Source: a virus. From it: DNA of 64,000 nt. The notes under the pieces were generated by a model. That model did not search any database, was not told the DNA's origin, and was given only the letters and a program-made list of their open reading frames with translations. The stretch spans positions 1 to 64,000 of IMG/VR virus record IMGVR_UViG_3300027863_000019. One strand, 5' to 3'. Made by a program: the position numbers and the translations under genes. Positions 27,139-37,713 of the stretch are shown here, in pieces (position 1 is the stretch's first letter; the number at the start of each line of letters is the position of its first letter).

Positions 27139-29529
27139 ATGGAGATGGAAAAGGAAGATAAATTTATCCTCTGGCTAGATGAGATTGGACTTCAAGATAG
27201 TTCACTAGTGGGAGGAAAGGGCGCATCGCTCGGCGAGATGTTTCAGAACCTTTCAAACATTGTTTCTATTCCACTGGGATTTGTAGTGACAGTTCGTTCA
27301 TATCGAGACTTGATTAAGCACAATAAACTGCAAAAGGTGATCGAATCCGAGTTGAAGGGATTAGATCCAAGCAACTTAATGGATCTAGCTCGACGCGGTA
27401 ACTCCATTCGCAAAGCAATTTATAATGCGAAGTTTCCCGCTGACTTAACAACCAAGATTGCTCAAGCGTACCTGCAACTCTGTGAGCAGTGTGCTACCGA
27501 TGACTTAAATGTAGCAGTTCGTTCATCGGCAACTACTGAAGACCTATCTAATGCGTCCTTTGCGGGACAGCAAGAGACCTTCTTGAACATACGTGGAGTC
27601 GACGCATTATTAGATTCTATTAAGAAGTGTTTTGCCTCATTATTTACAAATCGCGCGATCTGCTACCGCCATGATAAAGGCTTCGATCAGTTTAACATGA
27701 TCGCTGTTGTGGTTCAGCAAATGATCCGTTCTGACTCTGCGGGTTCTGGAGTCATCTTCACTGCTGATACGGAAACTATGCTGCAGGATATTATGCTTAT
27801 TTCAGCTGGTTATGGGCTAGGCGAAGCAATCGTCCAGGGGCTAGTAAGTCCAGATGAATATTATGTTTACAAGCCGTTCCTGAAAGAGGGATCGGAGAAT
27901 GTCATATTGAGTAAACGTGCAGGTAGTGCAACACAGAAGCTCGTCGGCGGTGAGTCTTCTTCGATTGGTTTTGTTCCTCTAACAGAAGAGGAACAAAAGA
28001 GGTTTGTCTTAACCGATCTGGAGATTTTAGAACTTGCTCGTCAAGCATGTGCAATCGAAGATTACTATTCTTCGAAGGTGGGTCATTATACTCCGATGGA
28101 TATTGAGTTTGCGAAGGATGGGGATGGGGTTACTATTGGAACAGGTAAACTCTATATTGTTCAAGCCAGACCAGAGACGGTTCAATCCAATCGTGATCGT
28201 GCTTATATTGAAAGCTATGTACTTGAATGTTGCGGTTCGGAGATCCTTAGGGGTCAAGCGATCGGAAATAAAATTACAAAGGGAATTGTGAACGTTATCA
28301 AGACGCCAGCTCAAATCGAAGAATTTGGTGATGGTGCAATTCTCGTAGCTGAAATGACGGTTCCTGATTGGGAACCGATCATGAGAAGAGCATCGGGGGT
28401 TATTACCGATGCTGGCGGAAGAACTTGTCATGCAGCTATTGTGTCACGTGAGTTAGGCATTCCATGTGTTATCGGAACCTCAAAGGCCACTAAATATCTT
28501 GAGAACAATCAACAGATTACTATTGATTGTTCTCAAGGCGAAACTGGAATTATCTACAATGGGTTCTTGCCTTACAAAGTCGAGAAGATTCCCGTCAAAG
28601 ATCTGCAAGATACAAAGACGAAGGTAATGGTAAACGTCGGAAATCCTGAGTCGGCCTTTATGCTCGGACAGATTCCTAACGATGGAGTAGGAATCGCACC
28701 GATAGAAACTATCATTAACAACTTCGTCGGCGTTCATCCCTACATACTCCTGAATTTTGAAGCATATGAAAAGTGGATGACTGAGGTGCAAGACGAGACG
28801 TCTCTAGTGCATAAGAAGATGGCGATGTTTCGTCGGGCAAAATATATCTCGACTTTTAATCAAATTCTAAATGAAACCAGAGCTTATCGCCATAAACTCG
28901 ACTACTTCGCTGATAAGCTCGCCTATGGAATTGCGCGAATTGCTGCATCTTTCTATCCGAAAGATGTGTTAATTAGGTTGATCGATCCCAAAGCCGAACC
29001 GTTTTATAATACCTTGTTGGGTGGTCAAGTTATAAAAGAAAGCGCGGACTTCCAGGCAGTCAAGAGTACGATTGAACTGGAATGTCAAGCGATTAAAAGA
29101 GTTCGGAGTGAAATGAAATTTCACTCCATAAAAATCGTGTTGCCTCAAATGAGTGATCCTGAAGATATGGATCGCGTCTTGTTGCAACTCGAGAAGTATG
29201 ACCTTATTCGAGGAAAGGATGGATTGGAAATCTTGGCGACTTGGACTATCGGAACAGATTTCGATGAGGGGTTAATTGAACGATTCGATGGAATCTCATT
29301 GATCCTTCTCGATGAGTTAACCGATTCTTGGAAACTAATAAAGAACGCCCTCCAGGTAATTAAGAAGTATGGAAGAAAGGTTTATTTTCATCCTCAGTCT
29401 TTAGATTCGAAGTCGTTCGTACCTGAGTTAATCGATTTGGGTGTGGATTCGATCTGCCTATTCCCGGAGTCATTGATTCTAGTTAAGTTAGCAGTGGTGC
29501 AAAAGGAGAAAGAACTAAAAAAGAACTAA
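27139..29529 (+). CDS. ppsA: PEP synthase-like protein with degenerate C-terminal pyruvate-binding domain
   Basis: VGGKGASLGEM, VAVRSSATTED..ASFAGQQETFLN, DIEFA, QARPETV, GGRTCHAAIVSRELG intact; C-terminal catalytic motifs altered. Confidence 0.88.
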   Translation: MEMEKEDKFILWLDEIGLQDSSLVGGKGASLGEMFQNLSNIVSIPLGFVVTVRSYRDLIKHNKLQKVIESELKGLDPSNLMDLARRGNSIRKAIYNAKFPADLTTKIAQAYLQLCEQCATDDLNVAVRSSATTEDLSNASFAGQQETFLNIRGVDALLDSIKKCFASLFTNRAICYRHDKGFDQFNMIAVVVQQMIRSDSAGSGVIFTADTETMLQDIMLISAGYGLGEAIVQGLVSPDEYYVYKPFLKEGSENVILSKRAGSATQKLVGGESSSIGFVPLTEEEQKRFVLTDLEILELARQACAIEDYYSSKVGHYTPMDIEFAKDGDGVTIGTGKLYIVQARPETVQSNRDRAYIESYVLECCGSEILRGQAIGNKITKGIVNVIKTPAQIEEFGDGAILVAEMTVPDWEPIMRRASGVITDAGGRTCHAAIVSRELGIPCVIGTSKATKYLENNQQITIDCSQGETGIIYNGFLPYKVEKIPVKDLQDTKTKVMVNVGNPESAFMLGQIPNDGVGIAPIETIINNFVGVHPYILLNFEAYEKWMTEVQDETSLVHKKMAMFRRAKYISTFNQILNETRAYRHKLDYFADKLAYGIARIAASFYPKDVLIRLIDPKAEPFYNTLLGGQVIKESADFQAVKSTIELECQAIKRVRSEMKFHSIKIVLPQMSDPEDMDRVLLQLEKYDLIRGKDGLEILATWTIGTDFDEGLIERFDGISLILLDELTDSWKLIKNALQVIKKYGRKVYFHPQSLDSKSFVPELIDLGVDSICLFPESLILVKLAVVQKEKELKKN

Positions 29530-29544
29530 ATTGGATTTCTTAAG

Positions 29545-29762
29545 ATGTTGACTCCACATGAGATCAGCAACCACAACGGAGGATGTCCCGCTTGTGATAG
29601 AAAAACGGGGTAGGAGGATTTTTATAGTGCGTCAGCATCATTTGCCTTGAATGTAACGGACGACAGGTTCTCACTTATCAATGTAATCGTGGGATCTGTC
29701 TGTTCGAGACAGAGTGTTTGGCGTTTCCATACATCGTGAAAATTCCCCGGTATTACAAATAA
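29545..29762 (+). pseudogene. Disrupted 7-Cys family member
   Basis: CPAC...* then frameshift to CLEC...CNRGICLFETECLAFP. Confidence 0.6.
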
Positions 29763-29867
29763 AACAAAGCCCGTATTCATCTGTCGAGGAGGTTAAAAAA
29801 CTAGCGGGTAAATAAAAACACTAATCTAGTTTCCCTAAATCAACAAGCGCCGCACCATGGGAAGCTA

Positions 29868-30449
29868 ATGGGAGGAGCAGCAATGAACACCCCCTTAGCC
29901 ATACTATTGGCTTCGACGATTGTCCTTTGGCCGATCACAAGCTCGTACGGTTCAGTGAAACCACCACCGGAACCGATTAAAATTCAATTCAAGCAACAAC
30001 AACCGAAATTCTCAAACCATGAAACAACGGATAAAATGCTCCAATGTATTGTTGAGTGTGGGAGGAGATATGGAGTAAAACCCGAAATAATCTTAGCAGT
30101 GGCAAAGATTGAGGGCCAGGATCTCAAAGACGGTTTGATCCGTTTAGGTCCGATAGGAAAAGGGACTTACTATGGACCGATGGGCATTTACTGGGGTTTT
30201 AGAGTTGCGCCGTATTACTGGAATATTGACGATCCTTTTGTTAATGTTGAAGTAGGTGCACGAGCACTTAGGGGCAACTTACGATCCAGGTTGAGGAGGT
30301 ATAACAAGAAGTTTACCAAAAGTTACTACAATGAGATTGTATCTCTCTCGAAAAAATATGAAAGAGAAAAGGTGTTCGAGCGATCTGATAATAAGATGAT
30401 GTTTAAGTTTACTACTCAACAGACCGCAACGCTTTTAAAAGCAAAATAA
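29868..30449 (+). CDS. Lytic transglycosylase (SLT-like) with signal peptide
   Basis: RYGVKPEIILAVAKIE, GPMGI, DPFVNVEVGARAL, YN. Confidence 0.75.
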   Translation: MGGAAMNTPLAILLASTIVLWPITSSYGSVKPPPEPIKIQFKQQQPKFSNHETTDKMLQCIVECGRRYGVKPEIILAVAKIEGQDLKDGLIRLGPIGKGTYYGPMGIYWGFRVAPYYWNIDDPFVNVEVGARALRGNLRSRLRRYNKKFTKSYYNEIVSLSKKYEREKVFERSDNKMMFKFTTQQTATLLKAK

Positions 30450-30519
30450 GCCTTTTAATTTCATCACGAATGAGATATAATCAAATTAATAAGTATAACA
30501 TGAGGATTTAAGTTATGGG

Positions 30520-30792
30520 ATGGACATTGATTATATTCTTAATAATCGTGTTCCTAATAAACGAGTGGAGGTGCAACAGATGAAACTACGAGCGTTGCAA
30601 ACAGAAGACGAGTTGTTTAAAATTATCAACCCAGACATCAAAGTCGGAGAGGAATTAACCGGAATAACTTCGCCGCAGGGCATGACTCTGAAGAACACAG
30701 ACGGCGAGGAATTCGTAAAGGAGTGCATGTGGGTAAAGACCGCTTCATCCCAGATCAGCTTTGTGTGCCCTGTGGAGCTGATCGAGAAGTAA
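30520..30792 (+). CDS. Hypothetical protein
   Basis: ORF after AT-rich promoter-like gap. Confidence 0.55.
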   Translation: MDIDYILNNRVPNKRVEVQQMKLRALQTEDELFKIINPDIKVGEELTGITSPQGMTLKNTDGEEFVKECMWVKTASSQISFVCPVELIEK

Positions 30793-31026
30793 CGCAGGTA
30801 GCTAGACAACCTGTTGACTTCTATGGATACGATTTCCTTTGCGGTGGGTGTAAGTTGCAGCAGCTTATACCAAGGTGCATTTACTATGACAGGTGTAGTA
30901 GAGCTAAAAGTGAAGTGCGATATTGCGCCTGTCATAGGATTTGTGTCTATGCTACAAAGTGCGCAGTCATTAAATACTGTGAAGCAAAGAAAGCACCAAT
31001 AACTATATTCGGGGAGGCAACCCTAA

Positions 31027-31704
31027 ATGACATTTGAATGTGATGAAGATTTAAGAGTCGTCGAACAGTTTTACTCAATTCAAGGTGAGTCGACATTTGC
31101 GGGAATGCCTTGCCATTTCGTTCGGTTACATGGATGTAATTTACGTTGTGAGTACTGTGATACACCTTACGCGTATGATAAGGACTCGAAGTTTTTTTCC
31201 TTACCAGTTAAAGAATTTATTAAGTTCTATCTGGAGTCCGATGTGAAGCTCATCGAGATTACGGGTGGAGAACCATTACTACAATTAGAACCGGTAGTTA
31301 AAGCCTGTCAAGCGCTTGTCGATCGTTGTACGATTCTAATTGAAACGAATGGATCGATCGATATCTCAGCGTTTAAGATGGCACCTCAATCGCTCGTCTT
31401 GATAATGGATGTTAAAACTCCATCGTCAGGAATGAGTTCGAAAATCAATTATGAGAACTTTAAACATTTAAGACCTGTCGATGAGATTAAGTTCGTCGTC
31501 GGCAATTATGAAGACTTCGAATTCGCGAAACAGATTTGCGAAAAGTATTCGTTGGCAACACGGTGCAAACCTTTAGTCTCTCCAGTATTTGGTCAAATTA
31601 GTTTACCTGACCTGGCGAGTTGGGTATTAAACGAAACACCATATATGAGGATGCAAGTACAATTGCAAAAGTGGATCTGGGATTTTTCCACTAGAGGCGT
31701 TTAA
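31027..31704 (+). CDS. queE: 7-carboxy-7-deazaguanine synthase (radical SAM)
   Basis: FYSIQGE...FVRLHGCNLRCEYCDT, ITGGEPLLQ, IETNG, MDVKTPSSG, EIKFVV, QLQKWIW. Confidence 0.93.
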   Translation: MTFECDEDLRVVEQFYSIQGESTFAGMPCHFVRLHGCNLRCEYCDTPYAYDKDSKFFSLPVKEFIKFYLESDVKLIEITGGEPLLQLEPVVKACQALVDRCTILIETNGSIDISAFKMAPQSLVLIMDVKTPSSGMSSKINYENFKHLRPVDEIKFVVGNYEDFEFAKQICEKYSLATRCKPLVSPVFGQISLPDLASWVLNETPYMRMQVQLQKWIWDFSTRGV

Positions 31705-31957
31705 ACATTGAATAAACATATTACTTCATGTGGAGTCTAAGTTGACACATTCATAGTTAAGGAGAACTTAACTATGAATGAAAAAAAAAAAAGCTACAAA
31801 ATCGTTCAAATCAAGTTGATGTCTTTCACTTGGCTGCGAAGTGGTATGCGTCGTATCAAATCGCAAAGTTAATAATAAACTGTTCGCACAGAGCTATTCA
31901 AAAGTATCTCAAGCGGCTAAGAAAAAGTAACTATCCCAATAAAAGAGGAGAATCAGT

Positions 31958-32203
31958 ATGGGGCAAGCATCACACGAATTAAAGTGGTTCTGTGAGGAGT
32001 GCGACGAAGATTTTAGCCTTATCGTCGAGCATGATCCTCACGCTAGCGTGGGTGGCTTCTACATTAAGGGACTCCACCTACACATGTCTGGAGAGACCGT
32101 CGAGCTTCCAGCTATCTACGTTACAGTAGATTCTATGGTTGCCTTCAAGGACTTCGCTGAGGTGATGCGTCGCGTTCGCGCAGACGTCGAAGACAACGAG
32201 TAG
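31958..32203 (+). CDS. CxxC/HxH protein, paralog of 26409-26789
   Basis: See paralog; GAGGAG SD. Confidence 0.7.
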   Translation: MGQASHELKWFCEECDEDFSLIVEHDPHASVGGFYIKGLHLHMSGETVELPAIYVTVDSMVAFKDFAEVMRRVRADVEDNE

Positions 32204-32208
32204 AATCA

Positions 32209-33402
32209 ATGGGATTTTCAAAAGACCAAACACTTACGTTACGTAGGTTGAACGTGATGCTCTTACAAGATCATCCGTTCTATGGTCACATAATGGCCAG
32301 TTGCCGCTGGGATCATGACAATGAGATGCCAGCGGTAGCTGGGCTTAACATCCGCACTGACTATCTTACAATCCTCATCGCAGACGAATTCTTTAAGATG
32401 GACTTCAATGATCAACGGTTCGTGATAATGCACGAACTGTTGCACTTCTTGTTCCAGCATCCTATACGGATGGGTAAGTTCTGCGACTTGGTAAAGAATA
32501 TTGCGGGTGACCTAGCTGTCAACAGTTACATCGTGCAAAGTTCAAGACTTCAAAAAGTGGATGGTTGTTTATATCCGAAACAATTTAATCTCCCCGATAA
32601 CCGTACTTATGAGTTCTATCTTAAAGAACTTAATAAGATGATCCAGAAGAACGAGCTACAACTTCCGGAAGGAATGGGTGGCGGTCAAGGTCAATGTGGC
32701 GGCGGCAAAGGGGAGAAAGCTAAAAGCGGTGAGGGTGGCGAGCACTACTGGGTAATTGAAGGGACTCCAGAAGAAGCGAATGAGCTTGCTCGTCGGATGT
32801 TTAACGTCGCGAAGTCGGTTGGAACTGTTCCTGCAGGCGCGCTCCGTGACTTATATGAAGCGGAAGCGAAGATCAGTTGGGAAGAGTTAGTCATTCAGTC
32901 TTCGCAAAGCTCTGAGATGTCTGAAGAGTGGCGGTTTACAAAACGTCACTACTCTCGTAGGTATCATACCATTCCTGGCGTCGTCCACGAGTATCGTGGA
33001 CGAATGAAGATGTGCGTTGATACTTCGGGTTCTATGGGACCTAAAGAGATTGGCGCATGTTTCAGTGTCGTAGATAAGATGGATGGACTAGGATATGATA
33101 TCGATATCTTTGAGTTTGACGCCGACTTCCAGCGCGAGTATAAGTACTCCGGAATTCCACCCAAAGTTAAAGGCGGAGGCGGAACTCAAATTACGAGCAC
33201 CTTTAAGTACATCGCGGCAGAACATCCCGATACAACTCAAGTGTTCGTGTTTACTGATGGGATGATTTTCGATCTTGACTCAGCAAAAGCAATCGCTGAT
33301 GAGAATGGCTGGGATGTAGTCTTTATTCTAACTGCCGACTATGATGTACCGTTTGGTCAAAAAATCGTCATGGATATTGAAGGTGATATCGATGGCATGT
33401 AA
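32209..33402 (+). CDS. DUF2201-type metallopeptidase plus VWA domain
   Basis: HELLH..FQHP.R, NIAGDLAVN, DTSGSM, GGGGT, FTDG. Confidence 0.88.
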   Translation: MGFSKDQTLTLRRLNVMLLQDHPFYGHIMASCRWDHDNEMPAVAGLNIRTDYLTILIADEFFKMDFNDQRFVIMHELLHFLFQHPIRMGKFCDLVKNIAGDLAVNSYIVQSSRLQKVDGCLYPKQFNLPDNRTYEFYLKELNKMIQKNELQLPEGMGGGQGQCGGGKGEKAKSGEGGEHYWVIEGTPEEANELARRMFNVAKSVGTVPAGALRDLYEAEAKISWEELVIQSSQSSEMSEEWRFTKRHYSRRYHTIPGVVHEYRGRMKMCVDTSGSMGPKEIGACFSVVDKMDGLGYDIDIFEFDADFQREYKYSGIPPKVKGGGGTQITSTFKYIAAEHPDTTQVFVFTDGMIFDLDSAKAIADENGWDVVFILTADYDVPFGQKIVMDIEGDIDGM

Positions 33403-33414
33403 AGGAGGAACTTA

Positions 33415-34497
33415 ATGGCTGAAGTAACGTTGAAAGAAGCAGTAGAACTTCTTGAGTTCATGTCGATGGAAGAGCCGCGACTCGTAACGGCATGCCTTGA
33501 AGGAGCTGCTGGCCTTGGGAAATCTTCTGTTGGTAAGCAGTTTGCCGAGAAGATGGGTTATCCCTTGGTCTTCGTTAACACTGCCGCCGTTCTCACCGAG
33601 CCGGGTGATATCTTAGGACTCCCGATTGAGAAGGATGGCGTAACACATTACGCCCCACCGTTCTGGGTAGTTGAGTGTCAGAAGCTCGCCGCGGATCCTC
33701 AAATCAAGAAGATCGTCCTCATGTTCGACGACTTTTCAAGGGTGCCCGCTCAGATCCTACAATCGATGATGTCGATCTTCTTAGATCGTAAGATCGGCGC
33801 CGCAAGCCTGCCGGAGAAAGTTTTCTTACTCTTAACCGGTAACCCCTCCAAGAAGAAAGAGTACGCAACGCGAGCGCTCGATAGAGCACAGCAAGAACGT
33901 ATTCAGGTTATCAACGTTCGTTTCGATTTGGAATGCTTTTTACAGTACGCCAATACTCATGACTTCAATCCTGAATGGATGGCCTACTGCGCCGCCTACA
34001 GTGAAAACTTCATGGATGATGGAAAGAAGGGTGCTGCGATGTCTCCTCGTACCGCTGAGTTCGCATCGCAAGCTCTCAACGCTATCAAGAAGAAAGGCTA
34101 CCCGCTCGATCATCGGATTGCGAAGACGCGTCTCGATTCGATCGTCGGTGAAACCATTCGTGAGTCTTTCCTCGTCTGTTTGAAACATCAACAAGATATC
34201 ATCTCGCCGGATAAGATTCTTGAAGGATCCTACGAGGATAAGTCCTTCAATGAAATGATGAAACGGCCGGACTTGATGTACTTGACCTACACTCGACTGG
34301 CTTCTGAGTTGACGAAGCTTTCAAACAACAATAAGATCTCACAGCTGAGCATTAAGAATCTTCGTCGTTTCATCATGCGGGTTGAGAGGGATGAGATGAA
34401 CTTCTTGTTCCTGAACATCATCCCACAAAAAGCCTCCAAGGCGATTCTCGATGGTGACACGTTCACCGTTATGAGAAATCGATTGTGGGGTGGATAG
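33415..34497 (+). CDS. MoxR-like AAA+ ATPase
   Basis: GAAGLGKS, GDILGLP, LMFDDFSR, TGNP, SPRT. Confidence 0.88.
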   Translation: MAEVTLKEAVELLEFMSMEEPRLVTACLEGAAGLGKSSVGKQFAEKMGYPLVFVNTAAVLTEPGDILGLPIEKDGVTHYAPPFWVVECQKLAADPQIKKIVLMFDDFSRVPAQILQSMMSIFLDRKIGAASLPEKVFLLLTGNPSKKKEYATRALDRAQQERIQVINVRFDLECFLQYANTHDFNPEWMAYCAAYSENFMDDGKKGAAMSPRTAEFASQALNAIKKKGYPLDHRIAKTRLDSIVGETIRESFLVCLKHQQDIISPDKILEGSYEDKSFNEMMKRPDLMYLTYTRLASELTKLSNNNKISQLSIKNLRRFIMRVERDEMNFLFLNIIPQKASKAILDGDTFTVMRNRLWGG

Positions 34498-34814
34498 ATT
34501 TCCTTTTTCTAACATTAACCTCTAACTGTGGGGGGAGAATAAAACTCCCCCCCACACTCTCGGAGCTTCAAATGTCAAGACGTTTAGGACCTATAGAAGA
34601 CATTAGGGAACCAATTAAAGATCTACACATGAAGCTTATTAATGAAAAGTTACCCCACATTATCGCAGTATTAGAAGGCGATTCAGTGCATGTAGTTATT
34701 GCTGGAAAGATGGAAGATCGTAAACAAGTGTTACAAGCAATTTTAGCGAATAAAGATTGGCAGGACCTGGGAAAATGATTCCAAAAATTCCAAAAATTTC
34801 AAACTTTGCTCACA

Positions 34815-34855
34815 AATTTTCTCCCTTTTTGGCTTCAAATGAAGCCTAATAAAAT
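34815..34855 (+). promoter_or_regulatory. Phage promoter motif
   Basis: AATTTTCTCCC-N24-TAAAAT; closely similar to the 13079 copy including AAGCCTAATAAAAT. Confidence 0.75.
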
Positions 34856-35181
34856 AAATAAATAAATATAAAACAATAAAGAAAAAAAAGGATTCCTTGT
34901 GTCATACATACTTTGTAGTGAATGTAAAGTTACCTTACGATGTGTAAAGAATGAAAAAGTTGTAAGGATGGGTGGCGCAGAAATAAAATGGGGTGATGAA
35001 TATAAATGCCCCAAATGTGGTATCATGGTTATTACAGGATTTGGTTCGTCGTTGATGCCATGGGATGTACATTACGCAGAGCATGTTCCAGAAATTGAAG
35101 TTGAGGGAGCTTACGATTGATGTAACTGAAAAAGAAAGCTCAGGCATTACAAATCCTTAATAGCAAAGGAGATAAAGAAAC

Positions 35182-35442
35182 ATGCAGACAAAAACGCAAA
35201 CGCTACACAATAACGTTCCGGTCGAAGAGATCATTTCTGAGACTGCTCCGCATTCAGTTGAGTTAAGTCGCAATGCAAAGGGTCAGTTCAGCTGGACGAT
35301 CAAGATGTACTTCAAGGAAGAAGACAAGGGAGCGATAGTTAATGAAATCGAGAAGCTGAATAACATCATGCTTCTCACCTTCCCCAATGTCGATGACACT
35401 GAGAAGTTAACAAAGCTCGATAAGAAGGTCCAAGGAAAGTAA
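35182..35442 (+). CDS. Hypothetical protein
   Basis: AAGGAG SD; SVELSRNAKGQFSWTIKMY. Confidence 0.7.
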   Translation: MQTKTQTLHNNVPVEEIISETAPHSVELSRNAKGQFSWTIKMYFKEEDKGAIVNEIEKLNNIMLLTFPNVDDTEKLTKLDKKVQGK

Positions 35443-35732
35443 TATGTTATACAAAGGTCGTATGATGTGCCAGAAGTGTGGAGAGCGCGAAGCTACGGAG
35501 ACGTGGACGACTGATATAATGTCGTTCATTCATGGTATGTCTCAGCAGTGGTGCAAGTATTGTGTGATCAAAGAGCAATTGGACTTTGCACGCAAACAAG
35601 CTGAACGCGTTCCACAACTTGAGGAAGAGCTTAAACGCGAACTCCTAAAAACGGAATTAGAGCAGAAAAAATCAGTTGATTAATAGTAATAATTGATTAA
35701 TAATATAAGTAAAAATATTAGGAGGTTCCTCA

Positions 35733-36233
35733 ATGGGAGACTTAATGGATGCCATCTTGTCGGGTAGCACAAAACAAAAAACGGAGTACGTTGAAGCTCC
35801 GGAAGTCCAGGAACTGTCAGAGAAGCTGATTGAAGATTTCGGTTTCATTGACGCGAGCATGGCTCGCGTCAAGTACTTATTCAAGATCTCGGAGAAGTCC
35901 AAGTTCGCAGGCAAGATTTCGAGATCTGGCCCGAAGTGGAAACACATCACTGGTTACGATTACGTCTTTGAAGTGTGGAAGAGCTTCTGGGAAGCGGAGC
36001 CTCACAATCGCAATGCGATGATATATCACGAGCTCAGCCATATTGAGCGTGAGGAAACTAAGAAGGGTATTCGCTGGAAAGTCAAGGATCACCCGATCGA
36101 AGCCTTCCCGGATGAGATCAAGATGTTCGGTCCTTGGAGCCCACAGCTAAAACATGCGGTCGAAGCGTTGGATGATTTCAACTCTGAGGTCGCTAAACCG
36201 GTGAAAGGGGATACAACCGAAGCAACAGTGTAG
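35733..36233 (+). CDS. Putative phage metallopeptidase
   Basis: YDYVFEV..FW...AMIYHELSH...DHPIEAF. Confidence 0.75.
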   Translation: MGDLMDAILSGSTKQKTEYVEAPEVQELSEKLIEDFGFIDASMARVKYLFKISEKSKFAGKISRSGPKWKHITGYDYVFEVWKSFWEAEPHNRNAMIYHELSHIEREETKKGIRWKVKDHPIEAFPDEIKMFGPWSPQLKHAVEALDDFNSEVAKPVKGDTTEATV

Positions 36234-36306
36234 TTCGCAGTAAAACGTTTGGGGGTAGAGAAGGTGAGGATTTTCCTCGCCTTCTCTTATTTTAAAAGGA
36301 GACACC

Positions 36307-36522
36307 ATGAAAGTAACAAAAATCGAAGTAGGCGTCGACAAAAAACTTAGTGTGAATTATCAGTCATTGGGTCTGCATATTGGTATGGTAGCTGAAGTTG
36401 GTGAAGACGAATCAGCTGAATTATGCGCTCAAGAATTAAAGAAGGTGGTTGAGGGGATCCTTGACCCAATGCTTATCGATTCCGCTAAGAGCTTGGCCGA
36501 TCTCACCAAGCAAATGAAGTGA
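36307..36522 (+). CDS. Hypothetical protein
   Basis: AAGGAG SD. Confidence 0.65.
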   Translation: MKVTKIEVGVDKKLSVNYQSLGLHIGMVAEVGEDESAELCAQELKKVVEGILDPMLIDSAKSLADLTKQMK

Positions 36523-36596
36523 AGTAAAGTAATGAAGTGATGGGGTGAAATGAAGTAAAATGTTGGACCATTCCAAAATACGGAGAACTACTTCCT

Positions 36597-37640
36597 GTGA
36601 AAGCTCTCAAGACTCATCTCCTGTTACCACCAATTCCGGAGGAGAGAAAAGATGGTGAATCATTGAGACTGGCAACCGTTTACCTAACAAAGCACCCGAT
36701 AGCAAAAGAAAACTTCGGGGGAGTTCAATGGCAATGGCGTACCGCAAAACGCTTTTATATGATCACGCCTCGAATTGTAACTCTTGACGCGATCGCCGAG
36801 AACGTCACGAAGTATAACGAGTCCGAAGTTTGCTCCTTATGCGCAGAAAGACCACAATGCTTAGGGAAGGAGGAAGAACTCTACGCGAAGTGTTACAGAA
36901 GAATTAGGGATGCGCGTATTAGACATCACTCGTTAGACTTCGATAGGTTCCTCTTATCATCTTTGTTTGATGAGTCAGAGAACTTAAAGATCATTCGCAA
37001 CTGGACGATCCATGACATCTATGAACGGAGGTGCGCCGTTGAGCAGATGTTACGATTCTGTAACGAGGATTCAATTCCATCACGTTGTGATGGATGTTTC
37101 CTCGTGAATCAGTGTCCGCAGAATTTTAAGTTAAGAGCGTTGACTGGGAGATGCTTTCCGGCTGATATGAATTGGATCAAAGAGAGGTTGACGAACGCCC
37201 ATTGCGTGAAAGTAAAAGGCGAATTAACCTTTGATTTCAATTGGTTAAGTTTTATGCATTGGAATTTAGTTACGTACTTAGTATTTAAGCCAGCGTGGAT
37301 TTGTCGTGATAACTCAAAGGTGTATGGGAGTCGTTTAGTTGATCACGACTTCCTTTGCAAGACAAAACACCTTTCATATTGGAATACAGCGCTAACAATT
37401 GATCAGATAACGTTTCATCCGATTGAAACCGACTTCGACATCTTTTATGTACTGAAGTCGTTGGCAAGGCAAGCAAGAAGTTTATGTATCATTGGGACGA
37501 CGCAAGGTGGTAATCTTGGGCCACATACAAAAGGTGAAACGGTTAGTTCAATCCTCAGAGAAATTTCTTATTACTGGCCTATAATCCGTCAAGCGTTAGC
37601 GCGGGGAGTTGATGTGTGGAATTTAAGTCATATGTCTTAG
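36597..37640 (+). CDS. Cys-containing hypothetical protein
   Basis: 347-aa ORF with CSLCAERPQCL and CDGCFLVNQC. Confidence 0.75.
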   Translation: MKALKTHLLLPPIPEERKDGESLRLATVYLTKHPIAKENFGGVQWQWRTAKRFYMITPRIVTLDAIAENVTKYNESEVCSLCAERPQCLGKEEELYAKCYRRIRDARIRHHSLDFDRFLLSSLFDESENLKIIRNWTIHDIYERRCAVEQMLRFCNEDSIPSRCDGCFLVNQCPQNFKLRALTGRCFPADMNWIKERLTNAHCVKVKGELTFDFNWLSFMHWNLVTYLVFKPAWICRDNSKVYGSRLVDHDFLCKTKHLSYWNTALTIDQITFHPIETDFDIFYVLKSLARQARSLCIIGTTQGGNLGPHTKGETVSSILREISYYWPIIRQALARGVDVWNLSHMS

Positions 37641-37713
37641 GAAGCTTTAAAATTGGGGCCACGCTTAATCTCGCGTAGAATGCGTTTTAACTATGAAAAA
37701 ATCGCAAGACTGA

